Notes: generated by a model not told the origin, from the sequence alone. A stretch of DNA of 64,000 nucleotides from an uncultured Clostridia bacterium (GCA_944384545.1 CALWTT010000106.1:1299-65298), one strand, 5' to 3'; positions 48,221 to 57,325 are shown, counted from the first letter of the stretch. Translations and numbers: made by a program.

Positions 48221-49198
48221 ATGACCAGCACACAAAAACACCTTCCTCGTCTTTCCTGGCTGTTTCCACTGCTTCTGATCCCTTGTATGCTCTGGTTCTC
48301 TCCGGAGATCGGTGCCGGCGTGAAAAACGCACTTCTCCTCTGCGGCCGGTTAATTATTCCAACGCTTTTTCCGTTTATGGTAGTATCCAATCTTCTCATT
48401 TCTACCCTGCCGTCTCCCAAAAGTAATGAAAATGCTTTGTCAGGCATCACTCGAAAATGGTTTGGTGTCCCATCCATCGGCTTTTTTCCGTTTCTTTTGG
48501 GGGCGCTATGCGGATTTCCCCTTGGTGTATATGCTGCCGCAGATCTTCACAGAAAGCAACGACTGAACGAATATGAATTGAATCGCGTTGTATGCTTTTC
48601 TAACAATACCGGACCCGCCTTTGTCGTAACCGGAGTCGGTATTACACTCTTCCACTCCTGGAAAATTGGGATCCTGCTTTATGGAACACAGTTGCTGGCC
48701 GCCCTTCTTTGCGGCGCGCTCCTTTCACATATGGACTACCGTCTTCCTCCTGTTGTGAAGAAAAATACAATACAACATGATGCCGTGCCCGAAGAACGAG
48801 GCTTTCTCACTGCCGTACAAAAAAGCACCACCGGGGTATTGCAGGTATGCGGCATTCTCGTATTTTTTTCTTCCCTTGCCGCTTTCCTGTCCGCACTGAC
48901 AAAAAATCCGTTTCTGCTGATTCTTATCTACCCGTTTCTTGAAGTTGGGGGAGCAACTGCACTTTCGGCGTCCCTCTTTTCATTCCTGCCTCTTGCCAGT
49001 GTGGTGACTGCCGGCATCGCCATTTCTTTTGCAGGAATTTCAGTACATATGCAGGCGGCTTTGCTTCTTTCCGGTATTCGCTTTTCCTTTTCGCACTATC
49101 TCGGCGCGAAATTGTTACAGGCAGCTATCGCGGCTGTTTTTCTGACTTTCATTTTGCTTCTCTTTCCGCAGCTACTTGATTTTCCGGTTCCGATATGA
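48221..49198 (+). CDS. Sporulation integral membrane protein YlbJ-like (nucleoside-recognition/Gate domain)
   Basis: Track ORF 47816..49198. Its 5' part is antisense to yqfC/yqfD. The real start is ATG 48221 (MTSTQKHLPRLSW...). The IIPTLFPFMVVSNLL motif resembles YlbJ. Confidence 0.6.
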   Translation: MTSTQKHLPRLSWLFPLLLIPCMLWFSPEIGAGVKNALLLCGRLIIPTLFPFMVVSNLLISTLPSPKSNENALSGITRKWFGVPSIGFFPFLLGALCGFPLGVYAAADLHRKQRLNEYELNRVVCFSNNTGPAFVVTGVGITLFHSWKIGILLYGTQLLAALLCGALLSHMDYRLPPVVKKNTIQHDAVPEERGFLTAVQKSTTGVLQVCGILVFFSSLAAFLSALTKNPFLLILIYPFLEVGGATALSASLFSFLPLASVVTAGIAISFAGISVHMQAALLLSGIRFSFSHYLGAKLLQAAIAAVFLTFILLLFPQLLDFPVPI

Positions 49199-49224
49199 TA
49201 TACTGTGCTTGCGAGGTGACCAAT

Positions 49225-49434
49225 ATGAAAGCAAATAAAACCGCTTATGCAAAATGCTGCGCCTACTGCGAAAAGGCTCGTTATACCGACAATCCGGATT
49301 ATATGTACTGTACGAAAAAGAAAAAGGATGTTCCGGGAGAAAAACGCTGTCTTGCTTTTTTTTATGACGTTCTGAAAAGAGAGGCAAACGGCATTCCCGT
49401 CATTCCCGGAATTGACCCGGACAGTCTGCTGTAA
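49225..49434 (+). CDS. Small Cys-containing hypothetical protein (69 aa)
   Basis: ORF 49195..49434. GAGGTG sits before ATG 49225. Sequence MKANKTAYAKCCAYCEKARY..YCTKKKK..RC. Followed by a strong terminator. Confidence 0.45.
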   Translation: MKANKTAYAKCCAYCEKARYTDNPDYMYCTKKKKDVPGEKRCLAFFYDVLKREANGIPVIPGIDPDSLL

Positions 49435-49473
49435 ATCTCCGGCCTGAAAGCCGACTACTGGCGAATAAATACG

Positions 49474-49509
49474 AACACAGGGGAGAACATGCTTGTTCTC
49501 CCCTGTGTT
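49474..49509. terminator. Bidirectional rho-independent terminator
   Basis: 16-bp perfect stem AACACAGGGGAGAACA-TGCT-TGTTCTCCCCTGTGTT followed by TTCTG. Confidence 0.85.
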
Positions 49510-49536
49510 TTCTGTTGGACAGTGTGGAATTATGAA

Positions 49537-51318
49537 TTATTTGGCAAGATTTGCTTTCAGCATTTCAAGCTGATTACGGAGTTCCTTCGGAAGCTTGTTG
49601 CCGAATTTCTTATAATGCTCTTCAATTTCGGCAGCTTCCTTCTCCCATGTGGCACGATCCACCTTCAGAATCGAACGCAAGGTGTCGATATCCATATCGA
49701 GATCCGTCAGATCAATGTCCTCTGCCTTCGGAACGTATCCGATCGGCGTCTCCACCGCATCCGCCGTACCTTCACAACGATCAATAATCCAGTTCAGGAC
49801 ACGCATGTTATCCCCGAAGCCTGGCCAGATGAAGTTCCCTTCATCGTCGGTGCGGAACCAGTTGACATTAAAGATTTTCGGTGCATTTTTCCCGAGCTTT
49901 TTGCCCATATCCAACCAATGCTGGAAATAATCACCCATGTTGTATCCACAGAACGGAAGCATCGCCATCGGGTCGCGACGGACAACGCCGACTGCACCGG
50001 CAGCGGCTGCCGTTGTTTCAGAAGCCATGGCAGAACCGATGAACACACCGTTCTCCCAGCTCTTGGACTGATACACCAGCGGTGCGCACTTCGCGCGACG
50101 GCCTCCGAAGATAATGGCAGAGATCGGAATCCCTTCTCCTTTCTCAAATTCACTCGAAATGCAGGGGCAATTGATTGCCGGTGCCGTAAAGCGGGAATTC
50201 GGATGCGCCGCATATGTGCTCTTATCTGACTTTACGAACTTGGAAGGATCCCACGGATTCCCCTTCCAATCCAGAGCATGAACCGGCGGATTCTTGTCAA
50301 GGCCTTCCCACCAGACCGTGTTGTTATCCAGATTCAGCGCTACATTGGTGAAGATCGTATTTTTCTTTGTAGACTGCAACGCATTGTAATTGGAATTTTC
50401 ATTGGTCCCTGGTGCCACGCCAAAGAATCCGTTTTCCGGGTTGATGGCATACAGACGGCCGTCTGCTCCGATACGCATCCAGGCAATATCGTCCCCCACT
50501 GTCCAGACCTTATATCCCTTATCCCGCAGATATTTCGGAGGAATCAGCATCGCCAGGTTTGTCTTTCCACAAGCAGAGGGGAACGCGGCGGCAATATACT
50601 TTACCTCGCCCTTCGGGTTCTCCAGGCCAAGAATCAGCATATGCTCCGCCATCCAGCCTTCCTTCCATCCCTGATAGGAAGCAATACGCAAAGCAAAGCA
50701 TTTCTTACCAAGCAAAACATTCCCGCCGTATCCGGAATTAACCGAAATAATGGTATTGTCTTCCGGGAACTGACAAATATACCGCTTCTCCGGATCAATA
50801 TCGCAACGGGAATGCAGGCAACGTACCCAATCGTTGGAATCCCCCAGTACATCAAAGACACGGGCCCCGATCCGAGTCATAATTGCCATGTTGAGAACCA
50901 CGTAAATGGAGTCGGTGATTTCAATGCCGATTTTTGCAAGCGGCGAACCGATCGGGCCCATTGAAAACGGAATGATGTACATGGTTTTCCCCTGATAAGA
51001 TCCGCGCGCAATATCATAGAGGCGCTTGTACATTTCTTTCGGATCGCACCAGTTATTGGTAGGGCCGGCCTCCTCCTGCGTACGTGTACAGATAAAGGTC
51101 CGATCCTCAACACGTGCCACATCGTTCGGATTGGTACGATGCAGGTAGCATCCCGGCAACAGTTCTTCGTTGAGCTTCATCATCTCGCCGGTGCGAACGG
51201 CTTCGGCGCGAAGACCCTCCAGCTGTTCCTCACTGCCGTCAATCCACATAACCTTGTCTGGTTTCAGAAGACTTTTCATATCTTCGACCCAGGTCAATAC
51301 TTGCTTGTTGCTGGTCAT
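49537..51318 (-). CDS. pck: Phosphoenolpyruvate carboxykinase (GTP)
   Basis: ORF 49537..51390. GAGGAG sits 9 nt before ATG 51318 (MTSNKQVLTW...). GTP-PEPCK-type sequence (..FPSACGKTN.., ..NSRFTAPA..). Confidence 0.92.
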   Translation of the reverse strand: MTSNKQVLTWVEDMKSLLKPDKVMWIDGSEEQLEGLRAEAVRTGEMMKLNEELLPGCYLHRTNPNDVARVEDRTFICTRTQEEAGPTNNWCDPKEMYKRLYDIARGSYQGKTMYIIPFSMGPIGSPLAKIGIEITDSIYVVLNMAIMTRIGARVFDVLGDSNDWVRCLHSRCDIDPEKRYICQFPEDNTIISVNSGYGGNVLLGKKCFALRIASYQGWKEGWMAEHMLILGLENPKGEVKYIAAAFPSACGKTNLAMLIPPKYLRDKGYKVWTVGDDIAWMRIGADGRLYAINPENGFFGVAPGTNENSNYNALQSTKKNTIFTNVALNLDNNTVWWEGLDKNPPVHALDWKGNPWDPSKFVKSDKSTYAAHPNSRFTAPAINCPCISSEFEKGEGIPISAIIFGGRRAKCAPLVYQSKSWENGVFIGSAMASETTAAAAGAVGVVRRDPMAMLPFCGYNMGDYFQHWLDMGKKLGKNAPKIFNVNWFRTDDEGNFIWPGFGDNMRVLNWIIDRCEGTADAVETPIGYVPKAEDIDLTDLDMDIDTLRSILKVDRATWEKEAAEIEEHYKKFGNKLPKELRNQLEMLKANLAK

Positions 51319-51397
51319 CTTCTCATTCTCCTCTATCATGATATTTTTGCATGACGAATGCAGGCACTCCAAAAATGCCCAACTTCTCACAAATGGT

Positions 51398-51426
51398 ATT
51401 ATAACACGTCTCTGTCAAATTTGCAA
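51398..51426 (-). promoter_or_regulatory. Sigma-A promoter for pck (TTGCAA-17-TGtTATAAT)
   Basis: Read directly on the minus strand. Confidence 0.6.
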
Positions 51427-51624
51427 TACCCGGCCTGCAGAATTGCATTTTATTTCTGTTACTTTACTGTGCCCTATTGTCCTATAAGTTATGAACATTC
51501 TGCGCTTCTTCTCTGTGCAGTTTGTCATGTTTTCCTTTGGATTCCTGCTTTTTCGGAAAATCTTCTATGTTATGCTCTTATTTCCCGTCAATCCCTTTGC
51601 TTTTCCGATTTCTTTCCGAAAGTT

Positions 51625-51730
51625 TGTCAAACCGATGTCGTCTCCATTTTGCATATTTCGCCAAAATCCTTTCGAAATTTGGAAAGCTTCCACAAATTTA
51701 ACTGGAAAATTCAGGAAACATTTTTCGCCA
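51625..51730 (+). promoter_or_regulatory. Cluster of five near-consensus Spo0A-box-like heptamers upstream of spo0A
   Basis: TGTCAAA 51625, TGTCGTC 51636, TTCGCCA 51657, TTCGAAA 51671, TTCGCCA 51724. Each matches TGTCGAA/TTCGACA at 5-6 of 7 positions. Confidence 0.3.
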
Positions 51731-51737
51731 CTTCCCC

Positions 51738-51766
51738 TTGATATACGTGGTAATATATGGTAAAAT
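51738..51766 (+). promoter_or_regulatory. Candidate sigma-A promoter for spo0A (TTGATA-17-TAAAAT)
   Basis: Read directly, about 40 nt upstream of the spo0A ATG. Confidence 0.5.
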
Positions 51767-51804
51767 TACATCGTAAACCAAATTTTACCAGGGAGGATTA
51801 CGGA

Positions 51805-52590
51805 ATGGAGTACAGTACCAAAATTCTGATTGCTGACGAAAGCAAAGACGCGCGCAAAGCCTTGCGGGACAACCTGTTTAAAGCCGGATATCACTATGTA
51901 GAAGAGGCATCGAACGGTGAGGAAGCCATTTCCCGCATCGGAACCTTTCACCCCGATATCGTCATTATTGATGTCTGGCTCTCTAAAATCGACGGAATAG
52001 GCGTAATACGCAATTGTTCCTCCTTCAATTTTGCGCCCGATAAAAAACCGACCTATATCCTGGTTTCTCAGGCTACCAACGCAACACTTTTTGTCGAAGC
52101 AACGCAGGCAGGAGCGGATCTTTGTCTGCTCAAACCTTTTGACTATCCCAGTCTGTTCGAGCATATCCAGTCCTTCGTCAGAATCCGCAATACCACACCT
52201 GCTCCGGATTCCTCCTCCCGTAATACCCGCGCCCTGCCAGATATTGAAACGCAGGTTACAAAAATCATTCATCAGATCGGCGTACCCGCACATATCAAGG
52301 GATACCAATATCTCCGCACCGCTATTCTGATGACCGTTGCCGATAACGATGTCATCAATTCCGTTACCAAGGTACTGTATCCCTCCGTAGCCAAAAAATA
52401 TGCCACAACAACCTCCCGCGTAGAACGCGCAATCCGACATGCCATTGAGGTGGCATGGGATCGCGGAGATGTGGATGTGCTGAATTCCTATTTTGGTTAT
52501 ACCATTCAGAACAACCGTGGCAAGCCAACCAACAGCGAATTCATTGCCATGATTGCCGATAACCTTCGCCTGCGGTATAAGCTCTATTGA
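51805..52590 (+). CDS. spo0A: Sporulation transcription factor Spo0A
   Basis: ORF 51757..52590. GGGAGG sits before ATG 51805. Receiver domain plus the diagnostic C-terminus ..[31 protein letters not shown].. Confidence 0.96.
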   Translation: MEYSTKILIADESKDARKALRDNLFKAGYHYVEEASNGEEAISRIGTFHPDIVIIDVWLSKIDGIGVIRNCSSFNFAPDKKPTYILVSQATNATLFVEATQAGADLCLLKPFDYPSLFEHIQSFVRIRNTTPAPDSSSRNTRALPDIETQVTKIIHQIGVPAHIKGYQYLRTAILMTVADNDVINSVTKVLYPSVAKKYATTTSRVERAIRHAIEVAWDRGDVDVLNSYFGYTIQNNRGKPTNSEFIAMIADNLRLRYKLY

Positions 52591-52605
52591 AAATCGCCAA
52601 AGCAT

Positions 52606-52644
52606 AAAAAGACCGGCACCGCAAAAAGCGGTACCGGTCTTTTT
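52606..52644. terminator. Bidirectional rho-independent terminator
   Basis: AAAAAGACCGGCACCGC-AAAAA-GCGGTACCGGTCTTTTT. Confidence 0.85.
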
Positions 52645-52656
52645 CTTATCGTCATA

Positions 52657-53259
52657 TCATCCGATCGGACGACGGCCTTCCAGCGCGCGATGCAACGTAA
52701 TTTCATCGGCATATTCAAGATCCCCACCTACCGGAATCCCATATGCCAGGCGGCTCACTGTAACACCGAACGGACGAAGAATTCTGGCAAGATACATCGC
52801 CGTTGCCTCCCCTTCCACTGTCGGGTTGGTCGCCACAATAATTTCCTTTACCGTATCATCTCCAAGCCGGTGAAGCAGTTCCCGGATATGCAGATGATCC
52901 GGACCAATCCCGTTCATGGGAGACAGCGTACCGCCCAGAACATGGTATACACCACGATAATCATGTACACGTTCAAATGACAAAACCGCTTTGGCATCCT
53001 CCACCACACAAACCGTGCTGTGATCCCTTCCTTCATCCGCGCAGATTGGACACACGTCCTCTGTCGACACATTACAGCACTCCCGGCAAAGATGGATTTC
53101 CCGTTTGGCAGCAAGAATAGCAGCGGCAAAATCCTCCGCTTCCTGCTCCGGCAATTCCATCACCGAAAACGCCAGCCGTATCGCCGTTTTCCCGCCGATT
53201 CCGGGGAGGCGGCGAAAATGATCCATCAGATTCTGCAGCGGCGCAATAAACTCCGTCAT
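52657..53259 (-). CDS. recR: Recombination protein RecR
   Basis: ORF 52657..53328. The true start is MTEFIAPLQNLMDHFRRLPGIGGKTA at 53259. Cys4 zinc finger and a Toprim domain. Confidence 0.93.
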   Translation of the reverse strand: MTEFIAPLQNLMDHFRRLPGIGGKTAIRLAFSVMELPEQEAEDFAAAILAAKREIHLCRECCNVSTEDVCPICADEGRDHSTVCVVEDAKAVLSFERVHDYRGVYHVLGGTLSPMNGIGPDHLHIRELLHRLGDDTVKEIIVATNPTVEGEATAMYLARILRPFGVTVSRLAYGIPVGGDLEYADEITLHRALEGRRPIG

Positions 53260-53260
53260 A

Positions 53261-53620
53261 TCAGAACATCCCCGGCATGCCCATACCCGGCAGCCCCATC
53301 TGACCGGTAATCTTCTGCATTTCTGCATTCGCCGTATCCTCGGCTTTCCGGATAACCTCGTTTACCGCTGCCACAATCACATCGCTGAGCGTTTCAATAT
53401 CCTCCGGATCCACCAGCTCCGGTTCAATCTGCAACGACAGGAGTTCTTTTTTCCCGTTCATCCGCACGACCACCATTCCGCCCCCCGCCGACGCTTCATA
53501 CTCTGCCGTCTCCAGCTCTTCCTGCTTGGCCGCCATTTCTTCCTGCATCTTCTGAGCCTGCTTCAGCATTCCGGCCATGCCGGAGGCCCCGCCTGCCCCC
53601 TGTGGAATTCTTACTTTCAT
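53261..53620 (-). CDS. ybaB: YbaB/EbfC family nucleoid-associated protein
   Basis: 119-aa ORF at the conserved position between dnaX and recR. Confidence 0.9.
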   Translation of the reverse strand: MKVRIPQGAGGASGMAGMLKQAQKMQEEMAAKQEELETAEYEASAGGGMVVVRMNGKKELLSLQIEPELVDPEDIETLSDVIVAAVNEVIRKAEDTANAEMQKITGQMGLPGMGMPGMF

Positions 53621-55269
53621 TCTCCGTTACTCCTTTTTTCCTTATCTTCGGCAAGCGCCGCTTCCACCTCATCGAGAAGTGTATATTCTGACGGACGGTC
53701 TTCCGCCTCTATGCGCAACTCTGCATCCGATATATCGCGTCCCATGGATTCAGCAATCGATACCCGCATTACCTGCAAGGTTTCCGGACGCATCAGCATT
53801 CTGGCGCAAAAAGAACTGCTGACTCGCACAAGATATACACGGCCGTCATCGGCGCGGTATCCGCGAGATCCGTCCAGGAAACCACGAAGGCTCGGACGGC
53901 TTCCGGCAGCGCGGTCCACAATCTCCCGCCATCCTGACACTGCACGGTATACCGGCTGTTCCTGCCTGGGCTTCTGCATCCTTACAGGAATTTTTTTCTC
54001 TTCTTTTACATCACCCGTATTCTCCGGCTTACCGGCACGGTTCTCCGGAGCCACGATGGGATCTGCCCCCTGCACGGCTCCATCCTTGGTAGCCGCTGTC
54101 GCAACAGCGCCTCCATATTTCAGTTGCGAAAGTTCCCGTTCCAGAGCCTCCATGCGTGGAAGCAGACTTGCCGGATCCTCCGAAAGTTTCGGGTCGCATA
54201 TACGCGTAAGCGCCAGTTCTACAAGAACTCGTTTTGGCGCGTCTGCACGTTGCATGGCCATATACACATCTTCCAGCTGCCGGATCTGATATGTCAGCAT
54301 ACTGCCGGAAAAACCGGCCGTCATTTCCTTCAGAGATACTGCTTCCGCATCGGTCAAATCCAGATATTTCCCCGGGTTTGACGTTGTCTGCACTACCAGC
54401 ATGTCACGATAATACTCCAACAAGTCGCGCACGAAAACCGAAAGATCCCGGGAGGACATCATTTCTTCTGCTACCGTCTGATACAGCGTATCATAATCCC
54501 GGTCACGTATTGCGCGGATCGTTCTCTCGATCGTCGTGCGGTTACCGGCTCCCAACACCTGTGCCACCAATGCTTCGTCAATTTCCCTACGCATTCCGGC
54601 GCACAGTTCAAGCAGACTGATCGCGTCACGCATTCCTCCCTGGGCCATACGCGCAAGAAGACGGGCTCCGTCTTCACGTAAATCAATATGTTCCCCCTCC
54701 GCAATCTTCATCAGTCGCGAAACGATAGTAGCAGTCGTCAAGCGCCGGAAATCAAATCTCTGACACCGCGAAACAATGGTACTCGGTAATTTATGAAGTT
54801 CGGTCGTTGCCAGAATAAAAAGTACATGTGCCGGCGGCTCTTCCAGAGTTTTGAGCAATGCATTGAAAGCGCTGCCCGACATCATATGCACCTCGTCAAT
54901 AATGTACACACGATATTTCAGCTCCGCCGGCGTAAAGACGATCTCATCTTTGATATCCCGTACATTATCCACGCCCGTATTGCTGGCGGCGTCCATCTCA
55001 ATAACATCGGTGGCCGTTCCGGCATCAATTGAGCGACATGCCTCGCAGCAGTTACAGGGATTGCCATTCCTTGGTGCATGACAATTCACTGCTTTGGCCA
55101 GGATCTTTGCACAGGTCGTCTTTCCGGTTCCACGTGAACCGCAAAAAAGATATGCATGAGAGGTCCGGCCTTCCGCCACTTCGTATTTCAGGATATCCGT
55201 AATCTGTTCCTGACCGCAAACATCATCAAAATCCCGCGGACGCCACTTACGATACAAAGCACGATACAC
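53617..55269 (-). CDS. dnaX: DNA polymerase III subunit gamma/tau
   Basis: ORF 53617..55314. GTG 55269 is preferred because AAGGAGG sits 7 nt upstream. YRKWRPRDFDDV.. and GSRGTGKTT Walker A. Confidence 0.93.
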   Translation of the reverse strand: MYRALYRKWRPRDFDDVCGQEQITDILKYEVAEGRTSHAYLFCGSRGTGKTTCAKILAKAVNCHAPRNGNPCNCCEACRSIDAGTATDVIEMDAASNTGVDNVRDIKDEIVFTPAELKYRVYIIDEVHMMSGSAFNALLKTLEEPPAHVLFILATTELHKLPSTIVSRCQRFDFRRLTTATIVSRLMKIAEGEHIDLREDGARLLARMAQGGMRDAISLLELCAGMRREIDEALVAQVLGAGNRTTIERTIRAIRDRDYDTLYQTVAEEMMSSRDLSVFVRDLLEYYRDMLVVQTTSNPGKYLDLTDAEAVSLKEMTAGFSGSMLTYQIRQLEDVYMAMQRADAPKRVLVELALTRICDPKLSEDPASLLPRMEALERELSQLKYGGAVATAATKDGAVQGADPIVAPENRAGKPENTGDVKEEKKIPVRMQKPRQEQPVYRAVSGWREIVDRAAGSRPSLRGFLDGSRGYRADDGRVYLVRVSSSFCARMLMRPETLQVMRVSIAESMGRDISDAELRIEAEDRPSEYTLLDEVEAALAEDKEKRSNGE

Positions 55270-55294
55270 AAGGCTTCCTCCTTTCCCGCTCACA

Positions 55295-55340
55295 CAAAAA
55301 ATCGGTGCCGACACACGGACAATGTGTGCACGCGCACCGG
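55295..55340 (-). terminator. Rho-independent terminator after the SRP RNA
   Basis: Minus strand: CCGGTGCGCGTGCACAC-loop-GTGTGTCGGCACCG followed by ATTTTTTG. Confidence 0.7.
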
Positions 55341-55350
55341 AAAAATTCTA

Positions 55351-55658
55351 TCACCGCACGCCGGATAAGGCCATACCCCGTAACATCGAACGGACGTTCA
55401 ATCCCGTTAACCGCATCGTCTGCTCCGGAAAGGCAACCTTACGGCACCTCCGATGCTCCGCTTAATGCTGCTTGGTTCCCCACCTGACATGTTTCACGGT
55501 ACCGAATCGCGTAAGACCCATCCTTCATCACAGGCAAATACGGCGCAGACAAACCAAGCGCCGCCCTCAGAAACGGACATCACCCCTGCTACAGCGGATT
55601 TCAGGTACAAGGACCCGCTACTCCCCCGGCCAGTATGACCTTGTCCGGCGTGCGGTGA
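55351..55658 (-). ncRNA. ffs: Signal recognition particle RNA, large Bacillus type with Alu domain
   Basis: The minus strand contains CAUGUCAGGUGGGGAACCAAGCAGCAUUAAGCGG (domain IV; Bacillus has CAUGUCAGGUCCGGAAGGAAGCAGCAUUAAGUG). It also contains the Alu-domain segment GGGGGAGUAGCGGGUCCUUGUACCUGAAAUCCGCUGUAGCAGGGG. The terminal helix UCACCGCACGCCGGA/UCCGGCGUGCGGUGA closes it. The position upstream of dnaX is conserved. Confidence 0.9.
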
Positions 55659-55675
55659 CAAATAATTCTTGTATT

Positions 55676-55704
55676 AGTATAGCAGATTTCCCACGTTTTT
55701 TCAA
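55676..55704 (-). promoter_or_regulatory. Sigma-A promoter for the SRP RNA (TTGAAA-17-TATACT)
   Basis: Read directly on the minus strand. Confidence 0.6.
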
Positions 55705-55722
55705 TAGCCGGTATAAATTTTT

Positions 55723-56442
55723 TCAGATGACAAAGCCTCCGTTTACCCCAAGGATCTGACCGGTAATAAAACTTCCGCCGGGGCCCGCCAGGAAAAGTGC
55801 GGCTGCCGCGACCTCTTCTGGCCGTCCAAGCCGGCAAAGCGGCGTTTCCTCACAAAGTGCATGTATCTCCTCTGGGGTCAAAGCCGCATTCATATCGGTA
55901 TCAATGACGCCGGGTGCAATACAATTCACCCGCACGCCGCTGGGACCGACCTCCTTTGCTAATGCGCGCGTCAAACCGATCAGACCTGCTTTTGTCGCCG
56001 AATAATGCACCTCGCAGGATGCGCCCACCTGCCCCCATATAGACGAGACATTCAATATACAACCGCTTTTTCTCCGAATCATGTCTGGCAACAATGCGCG
56101 TGTCAAGCGAAAGGGTGCACTGAGATTGATCGAAAGGAATCGCTCCCATTCGTCATCCGTTATGTCGGTAAACAAGCGCATTCCTGCTACCGCTGCATTA
56201 TTGATCAACACATCTGGTGCATCGCCGAACAGATTGCACACAGCCTTCGCCGCACGCAGAATCTCTTGACCACTTGCAAGATCTGCCTGCATGGCGATCG
56301 CCTCAGTCTCTGCCGCTACCGCCTCGGCTGCCGAACGGTTTTCCCGATATAGAAATGCCGTGCGGTATCCGGCACGGGAAAAGCACCGGACCATCTCCGC
56401 ACCTATGCCACGGGATCCGCCGGTAATCAGTACGGTCTTCAC
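55723..56442 (-). CDS. SDR family oxidoreductase (FabG-like 3-oxoacyl-ACP reductase type)
   Basis: 239-aa ORF with a GTG start and GGAGG RBS. TGGSRGIG cofactor motif and the YSATK catalytic motif. Confidence 0.85.
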   Translation of the reverse strand: MKTVLITGGSRGIGAEMVRCFSRAGYRTAFLYRENRSAAEAVAAETEAIAMQADLASGQEILRAAKAVCNLFGDAPDVLINNAAVAGMRLFTDITDDEWERFLSINLSAPFRLTRALLPDMIRRKSGCILNVSSIWGQVGASCEVHYSATKAGLIGLTRALAKEVGPSGVRVNCIAPGVIDTDMNAALTPEEIHALCEETPLCRLGRPEEVAAAALFLAGPGGSFITGQILGVNGGFVI

Positions 56443-56508
56443 AGACGCCTCCTACACTACAAATTACATATGTGTGTATCTCTCGCCATAAACACTGTTT
56501 GTGAAGAT

Positions 56509-56537
56509 ATTATAGCAAAAAGCACCCCACCTGTCAA
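56509..56537 (-). promoter_or_regulatory. Consensus sigma-A promoter for the SDR gene (TTGACA-17-TGcTATAAT)
   Basis: Read directly on the minus strand. Confidence 0.65.
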
Positions 56538-56591
56538 GCAACCATCCCACCGCGCACAGATTCTCTATCCGGCTCTTTCCGAAATTTTCCC

Positions 56592-56620
56592 TTTACATCC
56601 GGGACCGCATATGGTAAAAT
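56592..56620 (+). promoter_or_regulatory. Sigma-A promoter (TTTACA-17-TGgTAAAAT) for the atypical regulator gene
   Basis: Read directly, about 28 nt upstream of ATG 56648. Confidence 0.55.
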
Positions 56621-56647
56621 ATCCCATGCAGGAGGTGTTCTACTCAC

Positions 56648-57325
56648 ATGTTGATTTTTCTGCACGAAAATCCCGCAGCCGTTGAAGCCGAACGGAATAT
56701 TTTCTATCGTATGCGCATCCATACACTCTGTCTGTCCCCTCCAAAACCGGCAGATGCCGCTCTGTATCCTATCCGCGGATTCTTGATCCCGCGCCCGGAA
56801 GACATTTCAGATCTTGAATCTATCTGCCTGCAAATAAATATTCTTTTCCCGGATATTCCGCTGGCTATATTTTATCGGGAAGGCCGCGGAAATCCCTATC
56901 TCTATCAGCGCATGTGTGATTTTGTCTTTGATCAAAACACAACCTCCACCGACATAGTCAGCAGGATGTATTCCCTTTACAAAGAACGGACCGGCAAAGA
57001 AACGGATAGCCTCCTGATCGGAAATATCCGCACTGTGTTGCGTGATCCGCGTCTGTTTCTGTTCGGTCATCCTCTTCCCGTTACCGCGCTGCAATGGCGG
57101 ATTGTCCGCTACCTGCAACTGACGCATCCAAGACCGGTCCCTGCACAGGAAATCCTGGATACCTGTTTTTCCTTCCGGCATCCGCCGGCCGCCAATAATG
57201 TCAGTACACAGATCTCTCTGCTCAATAAACGGATCCGGCATCTGTTCTCCTTCACGCCGATCTCCTTCTGCTCCGAACGCGGGTATATTCTCTCGCCATA
57301 TAGGATTTCAGAAAAAGATTCCTGA
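56648..57325 (+). CDS. Atypical OmpR/PhoB-type winged-helix regulator with degenerate (pseudo-)receiver domain
   Basis: 225-aa ORF. The C-terminus LPVTALQWRIVRYL..PVPAQEILDTCF..NNVSTQISLLNKRI..ERGYIL fits the OmpR trans_reg_C pattern. The N-terminal ~115 aa has a receiver-like beta/alpha periodicity but lacks the DD pocket, the phospho-Asp and the conserved Lys by eye. Confidence 0.55.
   Translation: MLIFLHENPAAVEAERNIFYRMRIHTLCLSPPKPADAALYPIRGFLIPRPEDISDLESICLQINILFPDIPLAIFYREGRGNPYLYQRMCDFVFDQNTTSTDIVSRMYSLYKERTGKETDSLLIGNIRTVLRDPRLFLFGHPLPVTALQWRIVRYLQLTHPRPVPAQEILDTCFSFRHPPAANNVSTQISLLNKRIRHLFSFTPISFCSERGYILSPYRISEKDS

Noticed and set aside
51348-51362. Palindrome TGCATGACGAATGCA in the pck leader, considered as a cre (CcpA) site.
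   Set aside because: It mismatches the cre consensus (TGWAANCGNTNWCA) at several conserved positions.
53991-53997. A7 run (GAG AAA AAA ATT) in dnaX at roughly the position of the E. coli tau/gamma frameshift site.
   Set aside because: The heptamer is G_AAA_AAA in frame, not a proper X_XXY_YYZ slippery site. The -1 frame stays open for more than 40 codons instead of terminating. No downstream stem-loop is seen, and the run is too short for efficient transcriptional slippage.
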